DNA of 64,000 nucleotides from a virus. A program made the translations under genes and the position numbers. Under the pieces are notes generated by a model. The model searched no databases, was not told the origin of the DNA, and saw nothing but the letters and a program-made list of their open reading frames with translations. Positions 10,369 to 20,201 of the stretch are shown piece by piece. The stretch is taken from positions 40,840-104,839 of IMG/VR virus record IMGVR_UViG_3300004369_000002; one strand, written 5' to 3'. Each line of letters starts with the position of its first letter. Position 1 is the first letter of the stretch.

Positions 10369-11342
10369 GCCATTTTGGTGTTGGTGGTGCTGGCCGTTTT
10401 AGGCCAAACATTGGGTATTTGCAGCGAAACCCTACTGCGCTTGGTTCGGGTTCCTCCATTGGAGGGGACATCGAACAAAATGGTAGTGGGGCAGCAAACC
10501 CTTACATTAGAATTGGTTCAGGTTTTAGGCCAGGGAACTCCCTGACGCAAACAAGCAACAGTCACGCTTTGTGGAATGTGTACTCGCCAAACGCTGACAT
10601 TTCGTCCAACATGATTGTCCCTGATGGTAGCGGAATCTATTTCCGGTACAAAGACATCAATAGGATGTGGCGTTTGATTATGGGCGAATATCTGTATAAC
10701 TACTACACTGTTCCCGCTTTTTACCAAGAAGCGACATGCACGGGCTGCTATTTGACCAGTTACTCAACAACACAACAAGAATTCTCATACGAGTGCACGT
10801 CAATATACTCATACGGAACCGTATACACATCCAGCAACTACAGTTACTGTAGTTATGGCGGATACAGCCAACTATACGATTATAGTCGCGTTTGGAAATC
10901 GTATTGCGACTCATCTTGCGGATGCAACCCAACATACGCAAACCTATACGGCTGCGCAGGAAAATGCCAGGACTTTATTACCCGCACCTACTACCAGTGT
11001 ACGGGCGGAACATCGGGAACATACATCGCTGGTTCACAAACACCAAACTATCGTCCCCGGCTTTTCTTGCAATACCGGAATGGCTCTTCGACGTGGACCA
11101 ATCACGGAACAATCAATCTGACCGGTGCTGAGGTTGGCGGACTTAGGGTACGGCTCGTTGGTAACTCCATCGTTGTTTACAAGGGAACGTATGGTCAAAC
11201 ATCGGGGTGGACGCAAATCGGATCATATACGTCGTCTATTCACAATGACGGTCTCTTTCATGGGATTGGGATAGGCAGCGAGAACCCCCAAAACCGTGGA
11301 GTAAGCAGCGGTATAGGCGCATTTACCATCGAAGGAATCTGA
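10365..11342 (+). CDS. Lectin/ConA-like protein with Cys/Tyr-rich insertion
   Basis: GTG overlaps the upstream stop; GIYFRYKD...W and LRVRLVGNSIVVY...HGIG flank a 10-Cys insert. Confidence 0.55.
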   Translation: MSHFGVGGAGRFRPNIGYLQRNPTALGSGSSIGGDIEQNGSGAANPYIRIGSGFRPGNSLTQTSNSHALWNVYSPNADISSNMIVPDGSGIYFRYKDINRMWRLIMGEYLYNYYTVPAFYQEATCTGCYLTSYSTTQQEFSYECTSIYSYGTVYTSSNYSYCSYGGYSQLYDYSRVWKSYCDSSCGCNPTYANLYGCAGKCQDFITRTYYQCTGGTSGTYIAGSQTPNYRPRLFLQYRNGSSTWTNHGTINLTGAEVGGLRVRLVGNSIVVYKGTYGQTSGWTQIGSYTSSIHNDGLFHGIGIGSENPQNRGVSSGIGAFTIEGI

Positions 11343-11343
11343 G

Positions 11344-11589
11344 ATGGCTCAAATTTTTGAGATTTCGGACGAAACATTCCACGCAATAGCGGCCGGGGAA
11401 AAAAACGTGTACGCTATCAAAAAGTCGCGTTATAAAACGTTGGATGGGTGGGAAAAAGCGGGATCAAAAATCAGCATTTGTGTTGTCCGTGACGACTACA
11501 CTGTGCGAGAGGAACTTCGGATTCCTATTTCAAAAATTGAGTCAGCACACCAGAGGTTAAGTAATGGTGATGGTACAGAAGCGCAATGA
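11344..11589 (+). CDS. Hypothetical protein
   Basis: Tightly packed ORF in operon. Confidence 0.6.
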   Translation: MAQIFEISDETFHAIAAGEKNVYAIKKSRYKTLDGWEKAGSKISICVVRDDYTVREELRIPISKIESAHQRLSNGDGTEAQ

Positions 11590-11974
11590 CGTCCCTGAAA
11601 AAACGTTAATTGCCATTGTTTCTGATGTAACTTTGGTTCAATTAATGGAGATGGACCACGCTGCGGTCTATTGGGGTGTTATTACGGAAGATTTCCCGCG
11701 CGAGGAATGGAATCGTGTTTCCCGAGTTATGAACTTTGTTCAACTGGGAACATATGAAGAATTCGTTGTCGACGAGGAAGGTATTGTCACTTTTGGTTGG
11801 TCCGAAATTCGTATTATTTCAAACCGCCAGAATCTTCATTTGGATCGTCGGCTTTTGGAAGCGGACAATATTCCGACGATTTCAGCAAAACCGTCTACTA
11901 GCGAGGGTAAGCGCAAGTTCCGTTTGCCTGGGTTTATCAGAAAATCAAAACCCGATTGTGGATGTGGAGGTTGA
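11564..11974 (+). CDS. Hypothetical protein with C-terminal CGCGG
   Basis: Packed ORF; ends KPDCGCGG. Confidence 0.6.
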   Translation: MVMVQKRNDVPEKTLIAIVSDVTLVQLMEMDHAAVYWGVITEDFPREEWNRVSRVMNFVQLGTYEEFVVDEEGIVTFGWSEIRIISNRQNLHLDRRLLEADNIPTISAKPSTSEGKRKFRLPGFIRKSKPDCGCGG

Positions 11975-11976
11975 CA

Positions 11977-12216
11977 ATGGAGGGTGAACAGAACGAGGAA
12001 ATGGCCAAAATGGTTGACGATGCCTTTCCCGAAAGCATGGTCCTCAACTGGATTGTCATAGCCGAAACTGTCAACAGTGATGAAAGACATCTACAAATGG
12101 CGACAAGCGACGGCATGACAACATGGCTGGCGACCGGAATGCTAAACTGTGCCAACGAGATAGTGATCAATCAGCACTACACCAATCAAGAGGAGTTTGA
12201 CGATGGCGACAACTAA
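11977..12216 (+). CDS. Small acidic actinophage-type hypothetical protein
   Basis: SD GGAGG; WIVIAE...MTTWLATGML motif. Confidence 0.65.
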   Translation: MEGEQNEEMAKMVDDAFPESMVLNWIVIAETVNSDERHLQMATSDGMTTWLATGMLNCANEIVINQHYTNQEEFDDGDN

Positions 12217-12535
12217 GCGCAAGCGAGCCAAGAAGAGCCAGGTCGGAGACCAGATGGCAAAAGGCGGCATCATGGCGCTCGTGGTCTACTTTGCCAACAA
12301 GGGCGACATCGACCCGGAACTCGTTGCAATCTGCATGCCCCTGATCGCAGGAATCATGGCAGTGGTCTCAACAAAAATTGGAGACCCCGCAATCGCATCG
12401 TTCTTCGATGTGGGCAAGAAGGACGCCGCAATTCCGGCTCCTGCAGCAGCGGAAGCAGCCCCCAAGGCCGAAGAGGCAGCCGCACCCGCAAAGAAGTCCG
12501 CAGGGCGACCCAAGAAGGCCGCACCCAAGAAGTAA
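12203..12535 (+). CDS. Holin-like two-TM protein with Lys/Ala/Pro-rich tail
   Basis: Two hydrophobic segments; tail APAKKSAGRPKKAAPKK. Confidence 0.45.
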   Translation: MATTKRKRAKKSQVGDQMAKGGIMALVVYFANKGDIDPELVAICMPLIAGIMAVVSTKIGDPAIASFFDVGKKDAAIPAPAAAEAAPKAEEAAAPAKKSAGRPKKAAPKK

Positions 12536-12553
12536 ACCAATCTCCGACAAGGG

Positions 12554-12591
12554 ACGGTGGGCGAGGCAGGTTATCCTGCCTCGTTTGCCGT
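12554..12591 (+). terminator. Intrinsic terminator-like hairpin
   Basis: ACGGTGGGCGAGGCAGG-TTAT-CCTGCCTCGTTTGCCGT; 17-bp stem with G-U pairs on the + strand. Confidence 0.7.
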
Positions 12592-12659
12592 TATCGGCAC
12601 ACTAGAAGTGATCCTTCTTGGGCTAAAATTATGCCAGGTAAACAGTTGGAGGGCTAACT

Positions 12660-13007
12660 GTGATCGCTGGCGTCTATAACATCAATCTTGACCAGGGCGC
12701 TACGTTCGAACGCCTACTCACGGTAAAAGACGCTGCCGATGCCCTCTATGACTTTACTGACCATACGGCACGAATGCAGATTCGCGCCGAACTGGAAGAC
12801 ACTGATGTCCTGGCAGAACTGACGACCGAAAACGGCTACATAACGCTCGGGGGATCAGCGGGGACGATCAACCTCATGCTTCCACCCGTAGTGACGGCAA
12901 CACTGGATCGTGATTGCGTCTACGACCTGGAAATCATCGACGGTCTCGGTCGCGTCTATCGACTCCTTAAAGGAATTGTTCGTGTAGATGCCGAGGTCAC
13001 CAGATGA
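12660..13007 (+). CDS. BppU/LtfC-like Ig-fold virion adaptor protein
   Basis: IDQGATF-type start (NLDQGATF), ARMQIR and VYDLEI motifs. Confidence 0.6.
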   Translation: MIAGVYNINLDQGATFERLLTVKDAADALYDFTDHTARMQIRAELEDTDVLAELTTENGYITLGGSAGTINLMLPPVVTATLDRDCVYDLEIIDGLGRVYRLLKGIVRVDAEVTR

Positions 13008-13540
13008 GCAGCATTTCGGGATCAAAGATCGATGTAGAGGCACAAAATCTTCGCAACCGGGTCACGGTTGAAGAGCCGGAAGTTTCGGTAAATGTTGAGC
13101 AGATCAACAACATCATTTCCGTTACCGAAGAACCGACCGAAGTTCTAATCTCGCTTTTAGGGAGCCAAGGTCCTCGCGGTGGAACCATTTTGTATGGGAC
13201 GACTTCTCCGCCGTCAATACAGTTGGGTGTTCCCGGGGATATTTACTTCGACCAAAACCAGTACCAGTTCTGGGGACCAAAGTATGTGGATCCTGCTGAC
13301 GGCGCAGCAAAATGGCCCCAATTCCCATTTTTCACCATTTCGGTATCTCGGAGATATGTCCACACACAAACAACCCCCAGCAACACCTGGCTGATCAACC
13401 ACGACCTTGGTGGAGAACCTTCAATCTCAGTAGTGGATAGCGCAAAAACTATGGTCATCGGCGAGGTAAGATATATTAGTACAACGCAAATTGAGGTGCA
13501 ATTTACCTCACCGTTTTCAGGGTTCGCATACCTAACGTAA
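13004..13540 (+). CDS. Fibre-associated structural protein
   Basis: GSQGPRG, GVPGDIYFD and WLINHDLG..PSISVVD motifs. Confidence 0.6.
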   Translation: MSSISGSKIDVEAQNLRNRVTVEEPEVSVNVEQINNIISVTEEPTEVLISLLGSQGPRGGTILYGTTSPPSIQLGVPGDIYFDQNQYQFWGPKYVDPADGAAKWPQFPFFTISVSRRYVHTQTTPSNTWLINHDLGGEPSISVVDSAKTMVIGEVRYISTTQIEVQFTSPFSGFAYLT

Positions 13541-13556
13541 AGTGAGAGGGCGCTAA

Positions 13557-15056
13557 ATGGCGACTAGATTCGTAACAAATCTTGATCTGGTACAGAACCA
13601 GATCCTCAACGGACGCTTCGAAAGCGTTGCCAGCGACCCCAATACCGGCAACTTCGAAGGCCGGATGATCTATAACACCACCGAAGACACCATCAAGGTG
13701 TACTCGGGGTCCGCATGGCGGAAGATGCTGTGGGAAATCACCTCCGGAACCACAGCCCTCGTCCCCAGCGAAACCAACGGAAGCGTCGCCCTCACAATTG
13801 CCAATGTGACCAGCACCGTCGACGGCTTGATGTCCGCGACCGACAAGGTCAAACTGGATGCCTCCACCTCAAACAACACGGCCTCAACAATTGTTTTCCG
13901 AGATACCAACGGAGACTTCTCGGCTAATACCATCACTGCAGGAAAAGTAACTGGACTCAACGCCCCTAGCGCTGATACGGACGCAGCCAACAAGGCCTAT
14001 GTTGACGCTGCCAGGTCAGGGTTGGATGTCAAGGCATCCGTTCGCGTTGCAACGACAGGAGACATCTCCCTGTCCAACGCCACAACCACCGTCGACAACA
14101 TCACCCTAAATGACGGAGACCGAATCCTAGTCAAAGACCAGAACACAGGCTCCGAAAACGGCATCTACATCGTCTCCACCAGCGGAAACTGGTCACGAGC
14201 CACCGATGCCGATTCCAGCGCCGAAGTCACCTCCGGTTTGTTCACATTCGTTGCCGAAGGCGACGCCAACGCTGACTCCGGCTGGGTTTTGGCCACCAAC
14301 GACACAATCGTCCTGGACACCACCAACCTGGTCTTCAACAAGTTCTCGGGTGCTGGCCAGATTATCGCTGGTCTCGGCCTGTCCAAGAGCGGCGTTCAGT
14401 CTAACCAACTGGATGTGAATACCGATGGGACATCCATTGAAATCGACGGCAACGACGATGTTCGCATCGCTTCTGGGGCTGCTGGTGACGGCCTCGGTTG
14501 GAATACTGGTGTCCTGAGCATCAACATCGCCGCAACAGGTGGTTTGCAACTCACCTCGGACGAAATTGAAATCAAACTCAACTCTGGGGTGTCGGGTCTC
14601 AACACGACCGCCAACGGTCTTGCGCTTGACTCGTCAATGGCTGGAACCGGCCTCACCTTCACGACCGGAGTGCTGTCGGTCAACACGATTGACCTGACGA
14701 GCGCATCGGGTAACGGTGTTTCGGGTCTTCTACCCATCGCCAATGGTGGTACGAACGCTTCAACCGAGGCCGCCGCCCGAAGCACTCTTGCTTTTACCCC
14801 CGCTGGTTACAACACGAGCCAGGCAGTTCTTGCTCGTATCGCTGCGGTTGACTGCTCGGCTTCATCGGGAACCACCTCTGTCACTGCCGTGACACACAAT
14901 TTCAATACCGCTGATGTTGTTGTGCAGGTATACGACACAGTTACCAACGACACAGTTATTGCTGATGTTGTTCGTGCAAACGCCAATGCGGTCACGGTCA
15001 CAATCAATGGCTCGTTAATTGCCTCAGGTGACTACCGAATTGTTGTGACAGGCTAA
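13557..15056 (+). CDS. Phage tail fibre protein (COG5301-like)
   Basis: DAANKAYVD...KASVRVATT...GDRILVKDQ...ENGIY...WSRATDAD. Confidence 0.75.
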   Translation: MATRFVTNLDLVQNQILNGRFESVASDPNTGNFEGRMIYNTTEDTIKVYSGSAWRKMLWEITSGTTALVPSETNGSVALTIANVTSTVDGLMSATDKVKLDASTSNNTASTIVFRDTNGDFSANTITAGKVTGLNAPSADTDAANKAYVDAARSGLDVKASVRVATTGDISLSNATTTVDNITLNDGDRILVKDQNTGSENGIYIVSTSGNWSRATDADSSAEVTSGLFTFVAEGDANADSGWVLATNDTIVLDTTNLVFNKFSGAGQIIAGLGLSKSGVQSNQLDVNTDGTSIEIDGNDDVRIASGAAGDGLGWNTGVLSINIAATGGLQLTSDEIEIKLNSGVSGLNTTANGLALDSSMAGTGLTFTTGVLSVNTIDLTSASGNGVSGLLPIANGGTNASTEAAARSTLAFTPAGYNTSQAVLARIAAVDCSASSGTTSVTAVTHNFNTADVVVQVYDTVTNDTVIADVVRANANAVTVTINGSLIASGDYRIVVTG

Positions 15057-15108
15057 GATTTCCACATAGGGCTTGAGGGCCCACTAACAAAGAGAAACGG
15101 TTGAGGTC

Positions 15109-15561
15109 GTGGCTCAGAGATTCACAACGCCAATATCTATCGCGCAGTTATCTTCTGCGTCATCAGATGCTATCTCTGTGCTTGTCGACGGCGATGTCAG
15201 CCCTCGGGTCAAAGTAGAAGCAGGGGGACGCCTCACGTGGGGTGATGGAACATCTTCCGGCGATGTTGTTCTATATCGTGACTCTGCAAATCTCCTCAAA
15301 ACTGATGACACCTTTCAGGCCACTGGCGGTGTCGCCACTATTACGAACCCCGGTCCTCCCCCGAACGCTCTTGTTCGCCCAGTCGGAACACTTCTCGTTG
15401 ACTCAACCAACGACACCTTCTACTTCTATGGAACGCTCGGCTGGACGCAAATCGTCGGCGGAGAAGGCGGCGGTGGCGGTGGCGAACAAATCAATCTTGA
15501 CGGTGGCGACTCCGACGAAATTTTCGGTGGCATCGTAAGCATTGATGGAGGAACCGCCTGA
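15109..15561 (+). CDS. Fibre structural protein with C-terminal IDGG motif
   Basis: LYRDSANLLKTDD; ends LDGG...IDGGTA; precedes the Mtd_N gene. Confidence 0.55.
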   Translation: MAQRFTTPISIAQLSSASSDAISVLVDGDVSPRVKVEAGGRLTWGDGTSSGDVVLYRDSANLLKTDDTFQATGGVATITNPGPPPNALVRPVGTLLVDSTNDTFYFYGTLGWTQIVGGEGGGGGGEQINLDGGDSDEIFGGIVSIDGGTA

Positions 15562-17285
15562 TGGGTACCCGCATACAATTCCGTCGTGATTCATCGTCCA
15601 ACTGGACAATAAATAACCCCGTTCTGGCCGAAGGAGAAATGGGGCTAGAACTTGATACACGACGTATCAAAATCGGTAACGGTTTAGACAACTGGAACAA
15701 CCTGCCGTACGGCATTGCGACTATTGGCATTGACGAACTTGTTGATGTCACAATCACCGACCCGCAAGACGGCGAACTCATCGTTTACGACAGTGCAACT
15801 AGCACATGGGTCAATACATCAGCATCACTCGTAGCCGAACAAAATGACCTAACCGACACGGTCATCACCAACCCACAGCCGGGCCAATACCTTCAGTACG
15901 ACGGCACACAATGGGTTAACGGGGTCAGCCCGACCGGTGAACCCCTGGGCCACGAGGACAGAACCACCAGTCACATTGCATTCGACTCTGGAACTCTCAC
16001 GTTCTCCATTGAACCAAAGTTACCAGTAACAGAATTTGTGGTCTGGGTTGGTGGCATCAAATACACCTACACAACCACGCAAAGCGTCACAATCCCTGAT
16101 GTCACCGGCCTCTACTACTTCTACTTTAATTTGTCTGGTGCGCTGGCATACAAGACCACCTACTTTGACTGGCCCGTTGAAGCGCCGACTGCCTACCTAT
16201 ACTGGAACGCAACGACAAGCACCGCAACATTCTTTGCTGACGAACGGCATGGCATCGTCCTTGACTGGCAAACCCACGAATACCTCCATCGAACACGAGG
16301 TGCGGCATTCGCAGCAGGCTTCAACATTTCGGGCGTCATCACTAATGGCGACGGAACCCTTGACACCCATGTTGAGTTCAGCCTAAGCAACGGAACATTT
16401 TTTGACGAAGACCTACAGGTCGACATCGTCGATTCAGCAACACCAACAGTTGACACCTGGGAGCAAGACCTATCCCCAGCGTCAATTCCTCTCTACTACC
16501 TGGATGGTACAGAGTGGGTGCGCGATTCAGCCAGCACTAATCCCGTCAAAAAGGGAACGACCTTCGCTGTCTACAACGAACTTTCACTTGGCTCATGGCA
16601 ACTTACAGAAGTCGCCAACGGTGCTTACGTTATTTCTTGGATTGTCGCAACAAACCAACTCAACACCCCGGTTATCGCCATCATGGGACAAGGCGAATAC
16701 ACCAACATCGGGGACGCCGAGGACGAAATCTGGGAAACAGTCAACCTAGACGACTTCCCAGCCTTTGAATTCCGACCGCTGTACAAACTCATCTACCAGA
16801 CTGGCTCTTATGGAAATACCACAAACTCGCGGCTCAGGGGAGTCAATGACCTTCGTGGCGGAGGTACCTCAGGGAGTTCTGGGGCAGGGACAACCGACCA
16901 CGGACTCCTCACTGGGTTGGCAGACGACGACCACACCCAGTACCTCAACAATTCACGGCACAACAACCTTGACCATTCGGACGCACTGGCAACAGCCTCA
17001 CTGAGCGACCTGGGCGATGTCACTCTCGCTTCTATCAACACCGATGAACTTCTTCGGTGGAGTGGTACCGCCTGGGTGAACACCGATGGCATTACGATTG
17101 CGTCCACGGGTGCTGTCACCTTCAACGGCGTCAACACCTTCCCAACCGCCGCAGGTGGACTCGGCCAGTATCTGGCATCTGATGGTGCAGGGAATCTCGT
17201 TTGGACAAACGCAGGCTCAACAGCCGGTGGAATCATTAACAGTTCCTCATCAGGTGCTGTTCTCATCATGGAGATTGGACCGTAA
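15561..17285 (+). CDS. Tail fibre protein with Mtd/hyaluronidase-type N-terminal domain
   Basis: RIQFRRD...W...NPVLAEGEMGLELDT..IKIGNG...WNNLPY; DHGLLTGLADDDHTQY; L.DV.I repeats. Confidence 0.8.
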   Translation: MGTRIQFRRDSSSNWTINNPVLAEGEMGLELDTRRIKIGNGLDNWNNLPYGIATIGIDELVDVTITDPQDGELIVYDSATSTWVNTSASLVAEQNDLTDTVITNPQPGQYLQYDGTQWVNGVSPTGEPLGHEDRTTSHIAFDSGTLTFSIEPKLPVTEFVVWVGGIKYTYTTTQSVTIPDVTGLYYFYFNLSGALAYKTTYFDWPVEAPTAYLYWNATTSTATFFADERHGIVLDWQTHEYLHRTRGAAFAAGFNISGVITNGDGTLDTHVEFSLSNGTFFDEDLQVDIVDSATPTVDTWEQDLSPASIPLYYLDGTEWVRDSASTNPVKKGTTFAVYNELSLGSWQLTEVANGAYVISWIVATNQLNTPVIAIMGQGEYTNIGDAEDEIWETVNLDDFPAFEFRPLYKLIYQTGSYGNTTNSRLRGVNDLRGGGTSGSSGAGTTDHGLLTGLADDDHTQYLNNSRHNNLDHSDALATASLSDLGDVTLASINTDELLRWSGTAWVNTDGITIASTGAVTFNGVNTFPTAAGGLGQYLASDGAGNLVWTNAGSTAGGIINSSSSGAVLIMEIGP

Positions 17286-17617
17286 TGGCAGTAGGAGATC
17301 GTTCTGAACTCAGGTTGGCTGGACCGGCTGGTATCGGCACTACCACAACCACAATGATGACTGTTCCTGCGGGGAGCGTCTATGTGACCAAGCAGGTTCT
17401 GTTCACCAACACAAACGGTATTGATGCGTATATTACTGTCGCTATAGGCGACCCGGCTACGGCATCAAATTGTATTTTCTACAACCTTCCTATAGCGGGA
17501 TTTGATACAACCGTCTTTGACACGGCTTTGGTTATTGATACCGGCGAAACCATTCAGGCTTTTGCTGATCGTGCCGGTGTAAACATGACGATCACCGGTT
17601 GGGACAAGGAGGTCTAA
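17285..17617 (+). CDS. ~110-aa 'TVP' adaptor protein (copy 1)
   Basis: Paralog of the 19395 N-terminal domain and of 30261. Confidence 0.65.
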   Translation: MAVGDRSELRLAGPAGIGTTTTTMMTVPAGSVYVTKQVLFTNTNGIDAYITVAIGDPATASNCIFYNLPIAGFDTTVFDTALVIDTGETIQAFADRAGVNMTITGWDKEV

Positions 17618-18360
17618 TGCCTCTTGATTCCGCTTTGGGTTTGCCTGGACAACGTCCAGGAGTTGTCACTTCAGTTACCCGACCAGTTAATCCTTTTGTC
17701 GGTCAGATGATCGTAGAGACCGATACGGGTCGACTAATGGTTTATACCTCTTCCGGCGAATGGCGACAGGCGACAACCGGAACAGACGTCACCGCCACCC
17801 CGCCCGCAGGAGCCATCACAGGCGACTTGTGGTTTGATAACGAGTCCGCCGCCATGTACTGCTACTACGACGGCTTTTGGGTTGAAGTCACTGGGGTGGC
17901 ATCAACAGAGGTTGCGGATGGCCAGATCACTTCAGCAAAACTTGCATCTGATGTTACAACAACTCACTACGGAAAAGTTTTTTACGATTCATTCCCTGCG
18001 GTAGTTGACAACTCTTCTGGTACAGCGGCATATCAAACTCTCACTGATATGACAACTGCTTCTGGTGAAGGTTCAATGTCCTGGAACGCCACTAACGGCG
18101 AGTGGACAATTCCAGTAGACGGAGTTTATGCAGTTGAATTCATCACCAAAATGGGTGACGGAGCAACCTACGGTGACCTGAATGTGCGTGTGGATGTAAA
18201 TGGGACTCAGGCGGGTACGACACTCACTGGCTTTGAAACCAACGACACCGTTTCCGAGAAGTGGCTACTCCCCTTGAGCGCCAATGACCTGGTTTCATTT
18301 GTTTATCGTGGTCAGATGCTTTATCCGCGAGCCAACATATACAAGATTTCGGTTGGGTGA
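17617..18360 (+). CDS. Fibre protein with C1q-like C-terminal domain
   Basis: TRPVNPFVGQMIVETDT N-motif; WNATNGEWTIPVDGVY resembles the C1q signature. Confidence 0.6.
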   Translation: MPLDSALGLPGQRPGVVTSVTRPVNPFVGQMIVETDTGRLMVYTSSGEWRQATTGTDVTATPPAGAITGDLWFDNESAAMYCYYDGFWVEVTGVASTEVADGQITSAKLASDVTTTHYGKVFYDSFPAVVDNSSGTAAYQTLTDMTTASGEGSMSWNATNGEWTIPVDGVYAVEFITKMGDGATYGDLNVRVDVNGTQAGTTLTGFETNDTVSEKWLLPLSANDLVSFVYRGQMLYPRANIYKISVG

Positions 18361-18365
18361 TGTAA

Positions 18366-19391
18366 ATGGGCTTGAAATCAACCGTACCTAACTCCCTGGC
18401 CCAGCCTGGCGTCTGCACTTCGATCACCCGACCCCTCGCCCCCTACGAGGGTCAAATAATCTACGAAACCGACACCGACAACGCCATGGTCTGGAACGGA
18501 TCTGCGTGGATATTCATCCACGACGGAGCCTGGACAGCCAAAGGTGACCTGTTCGTCGGAACCGCCGACTCAGACGGAGACATCATTGGGGTTGGAGCCA
18601 ACAACACCCTACTGACCGCAGACAACTCCACCCCAACCGGCTTGGCGTGGAAATCAGACATCAACGTAACATCAGTTACAACGAATGTTTTGTCCGCAGC
18701 AGACATAACCGGAGCAATCAGCGGCCAGATCATTATCAACGCCGTCAACAACACTGCGTCCACGTTGACTAAAGGCTCCATTGTTTACATTTCTGGCGTC
18801 AACGCTTCGGCAACGCCAGAAGTAGAACTGTGTGACTACAACATTTCTTCAACCCTCCCGCCAGCAGGTTTAGTGTTCGCCGATATTACGGCTGGCCAAA
18901 TAGGTCATGTTGTCGTGTTCGGTTTAGTGAGCGGCTTGGATACATCAGCCTTTGCGGCAAATACGCAATTGTGGATGGATCCTGCTGGTGGACTTTCGGT
19001 AAACCAACCGATGGGCCCGGCAGAAGACATCTACACCATTGGTCGCGTGGTTGTTTCTGATGCCACAAATGGCTCAATTCTTGTCACAAGCGGAATACCC
19101 AAAACAATTACTCCGAACACAATTAGTGTTGACGGTCCAATAACTACAGCCCTGTCCATCACGTCGGATACAGCAAATGTGACGACGCATATATACGGTT
19201 TGGACATTACGGCCACGGGAACAATAACTGGGGCCAACCTTGCAGCAACCAATTCGCTCACCGTCAACTCGGTAGAAATCGACCCTACTGGCGCGGACAT
19301 CGATGAGGTGCTCGTGTTTAACGGAACAAAATTCGTACCAGCAAACATCGATACAGGCGGAAAAGCATTCGCCTACTTTATGGGAGCCTAA
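18366..19391 (+). CDS. Fibre linker protein (TRP..P..GQ motif, AKGD repeat, hydrophobic C-terminal peptide)
   Basis: Motifs visible in translation; ends GGKAFAYFMGA. Confidence 0.65.
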   Translation: MGLKSTVPNSLAQPGVCTSITRPLAPYEGQIIYETDTDNAMVWNGSAWIFIHDGAWTAKGDLFVGTADSDGDIIGVGANNTLLTADNSTPTGLAWKSDINVTSVTTNVLSAADITGAISGQIIINAVNNTASTLTKGSIVYISGVNASATPEVELCDYNISSTLPPAGLVFADITAGQIGHVVVFGLVSGLDTSAFAANTQLWMDPAGGLSVNQPMGPAEDIYTIGRVVVSDATNGSILVTSGIPKTITPNTISVDGPITTALSITSDTANVTTHIYGLDITATGTITGANLAATNSLTVNSVEIDPTGADIDEVLVFNGTKFVPANIDTGGKAFAYFMGA

Positions 19392-19394
19392 ACA

Positions 19395-20201
19395 ATGGCA
19401 GAAACATTCAAACTTCTCGGGTCGTTTGACTCTGCGAGCGACAACGTCTTAGATCCTTTTTATACGGTTCCGTCTGGGCGTTCGTTTGTTGGGCGCGTAT
19501 TCATAGCAAATAACTCACCGAGTGACGTGACAGTATCGCTCGCATTCAAGCCATCTAGTGGCGCACAGAAAACTGTTATTCCCAACGTCACAATCGCTGG
19601 ATATTCGGTGATGGATTTCAATGGTCTTGCCGGTACTGCTGGCGACGCCATTTACGCCGACACGACCGCTTCCAATGTCACCTACACGGTGTTCGGCACG
19701 GAGATGTACGCGTCATCGGGCGATGTTTCAGTTGGCGGGTCGATCCTGGATTCAATCGTTAACGCCAAGGGTGACCTGATTGTAGGATCTAGCGATAACG
19801 CTGTCGCTCGTTTCGGCGTAGGCGCTGACGGCTATGCCTTGGTGGCTGATGCTTCAACATTGTCGGGTCTTCGGTGGGATAACCTGCGCGCCCAAACGGT
19901 GTCCGTCAAGAGCACCGCGACGCACACTCTGGCCTTAGAGGATTCCAGTGAGATTTTGGAGTTCACGAACGCTGGCGGATGCCAAATCACCATCCCGACC
20001 AATGCGTCTGTCAACTTTCCAGTTGGTTCGCAAATCACGCTGGTTCAGGCGGCTGCTGGACCGATTGAAGTCATTGCTGCTGGTGGCGTGACCCTGAACT
20101 CCAAGCAGGGGTACCGGGTTTCTGCTTTCCAATGGGTTGGTCTCGTCTTGTACCAGCGTGAAGTTGATAATTGGGTGCTGTTGGGAGACTTGGTGCCGTG
20201 A
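19395..20201 (+). CDS. Three-module adaptor (TVP domain + AKGD repeat + W.L.GDL domain)
   Basis: FYTVPSG; VNAKGDLIVG; FPVGSQI...NWVLLGDLVP. Confidence 0.65.
   Translation: MAETFKLLGSFDSASDNVLDPFYTVPSGRSFVGRVFIANNSPSDVTVSLAFKPSSGAQKTVIPNVTIAGYSVMDFNGLAGTAGDAIYADTTASNVTYTVFGTEMYASSGDVSVGGSILDSIVNAKGDLIVGSSDNAVARFGVGADGYALVADASTLSGLRWDNLRAQTVSVKSTATHTLALEDSSEILEFTNAGGCQITIPTNASVNFPVGSQITLVQAAAGPIEVIAAGGVTLNSKQGYRVSAFQWVGLVLYQREVDNWVLLGDLVP

Noticed and set aside
12540-12551. 12-mer ATCTCCGACAAG repeated at 59350, both beside terminators
   Set aside because: Only two copies; many 12-mer matches are expected by chance in 64 kb
15561-17285. Diversity-generating retroelement, suggested by the Mtd-like N-terminus
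   Set aside because: No reverse transcriptase, no C-type lectin C-terminus and no TR/VR pair differing at adenines is visible in the window. Mtd_N is a generic fibre anchor.
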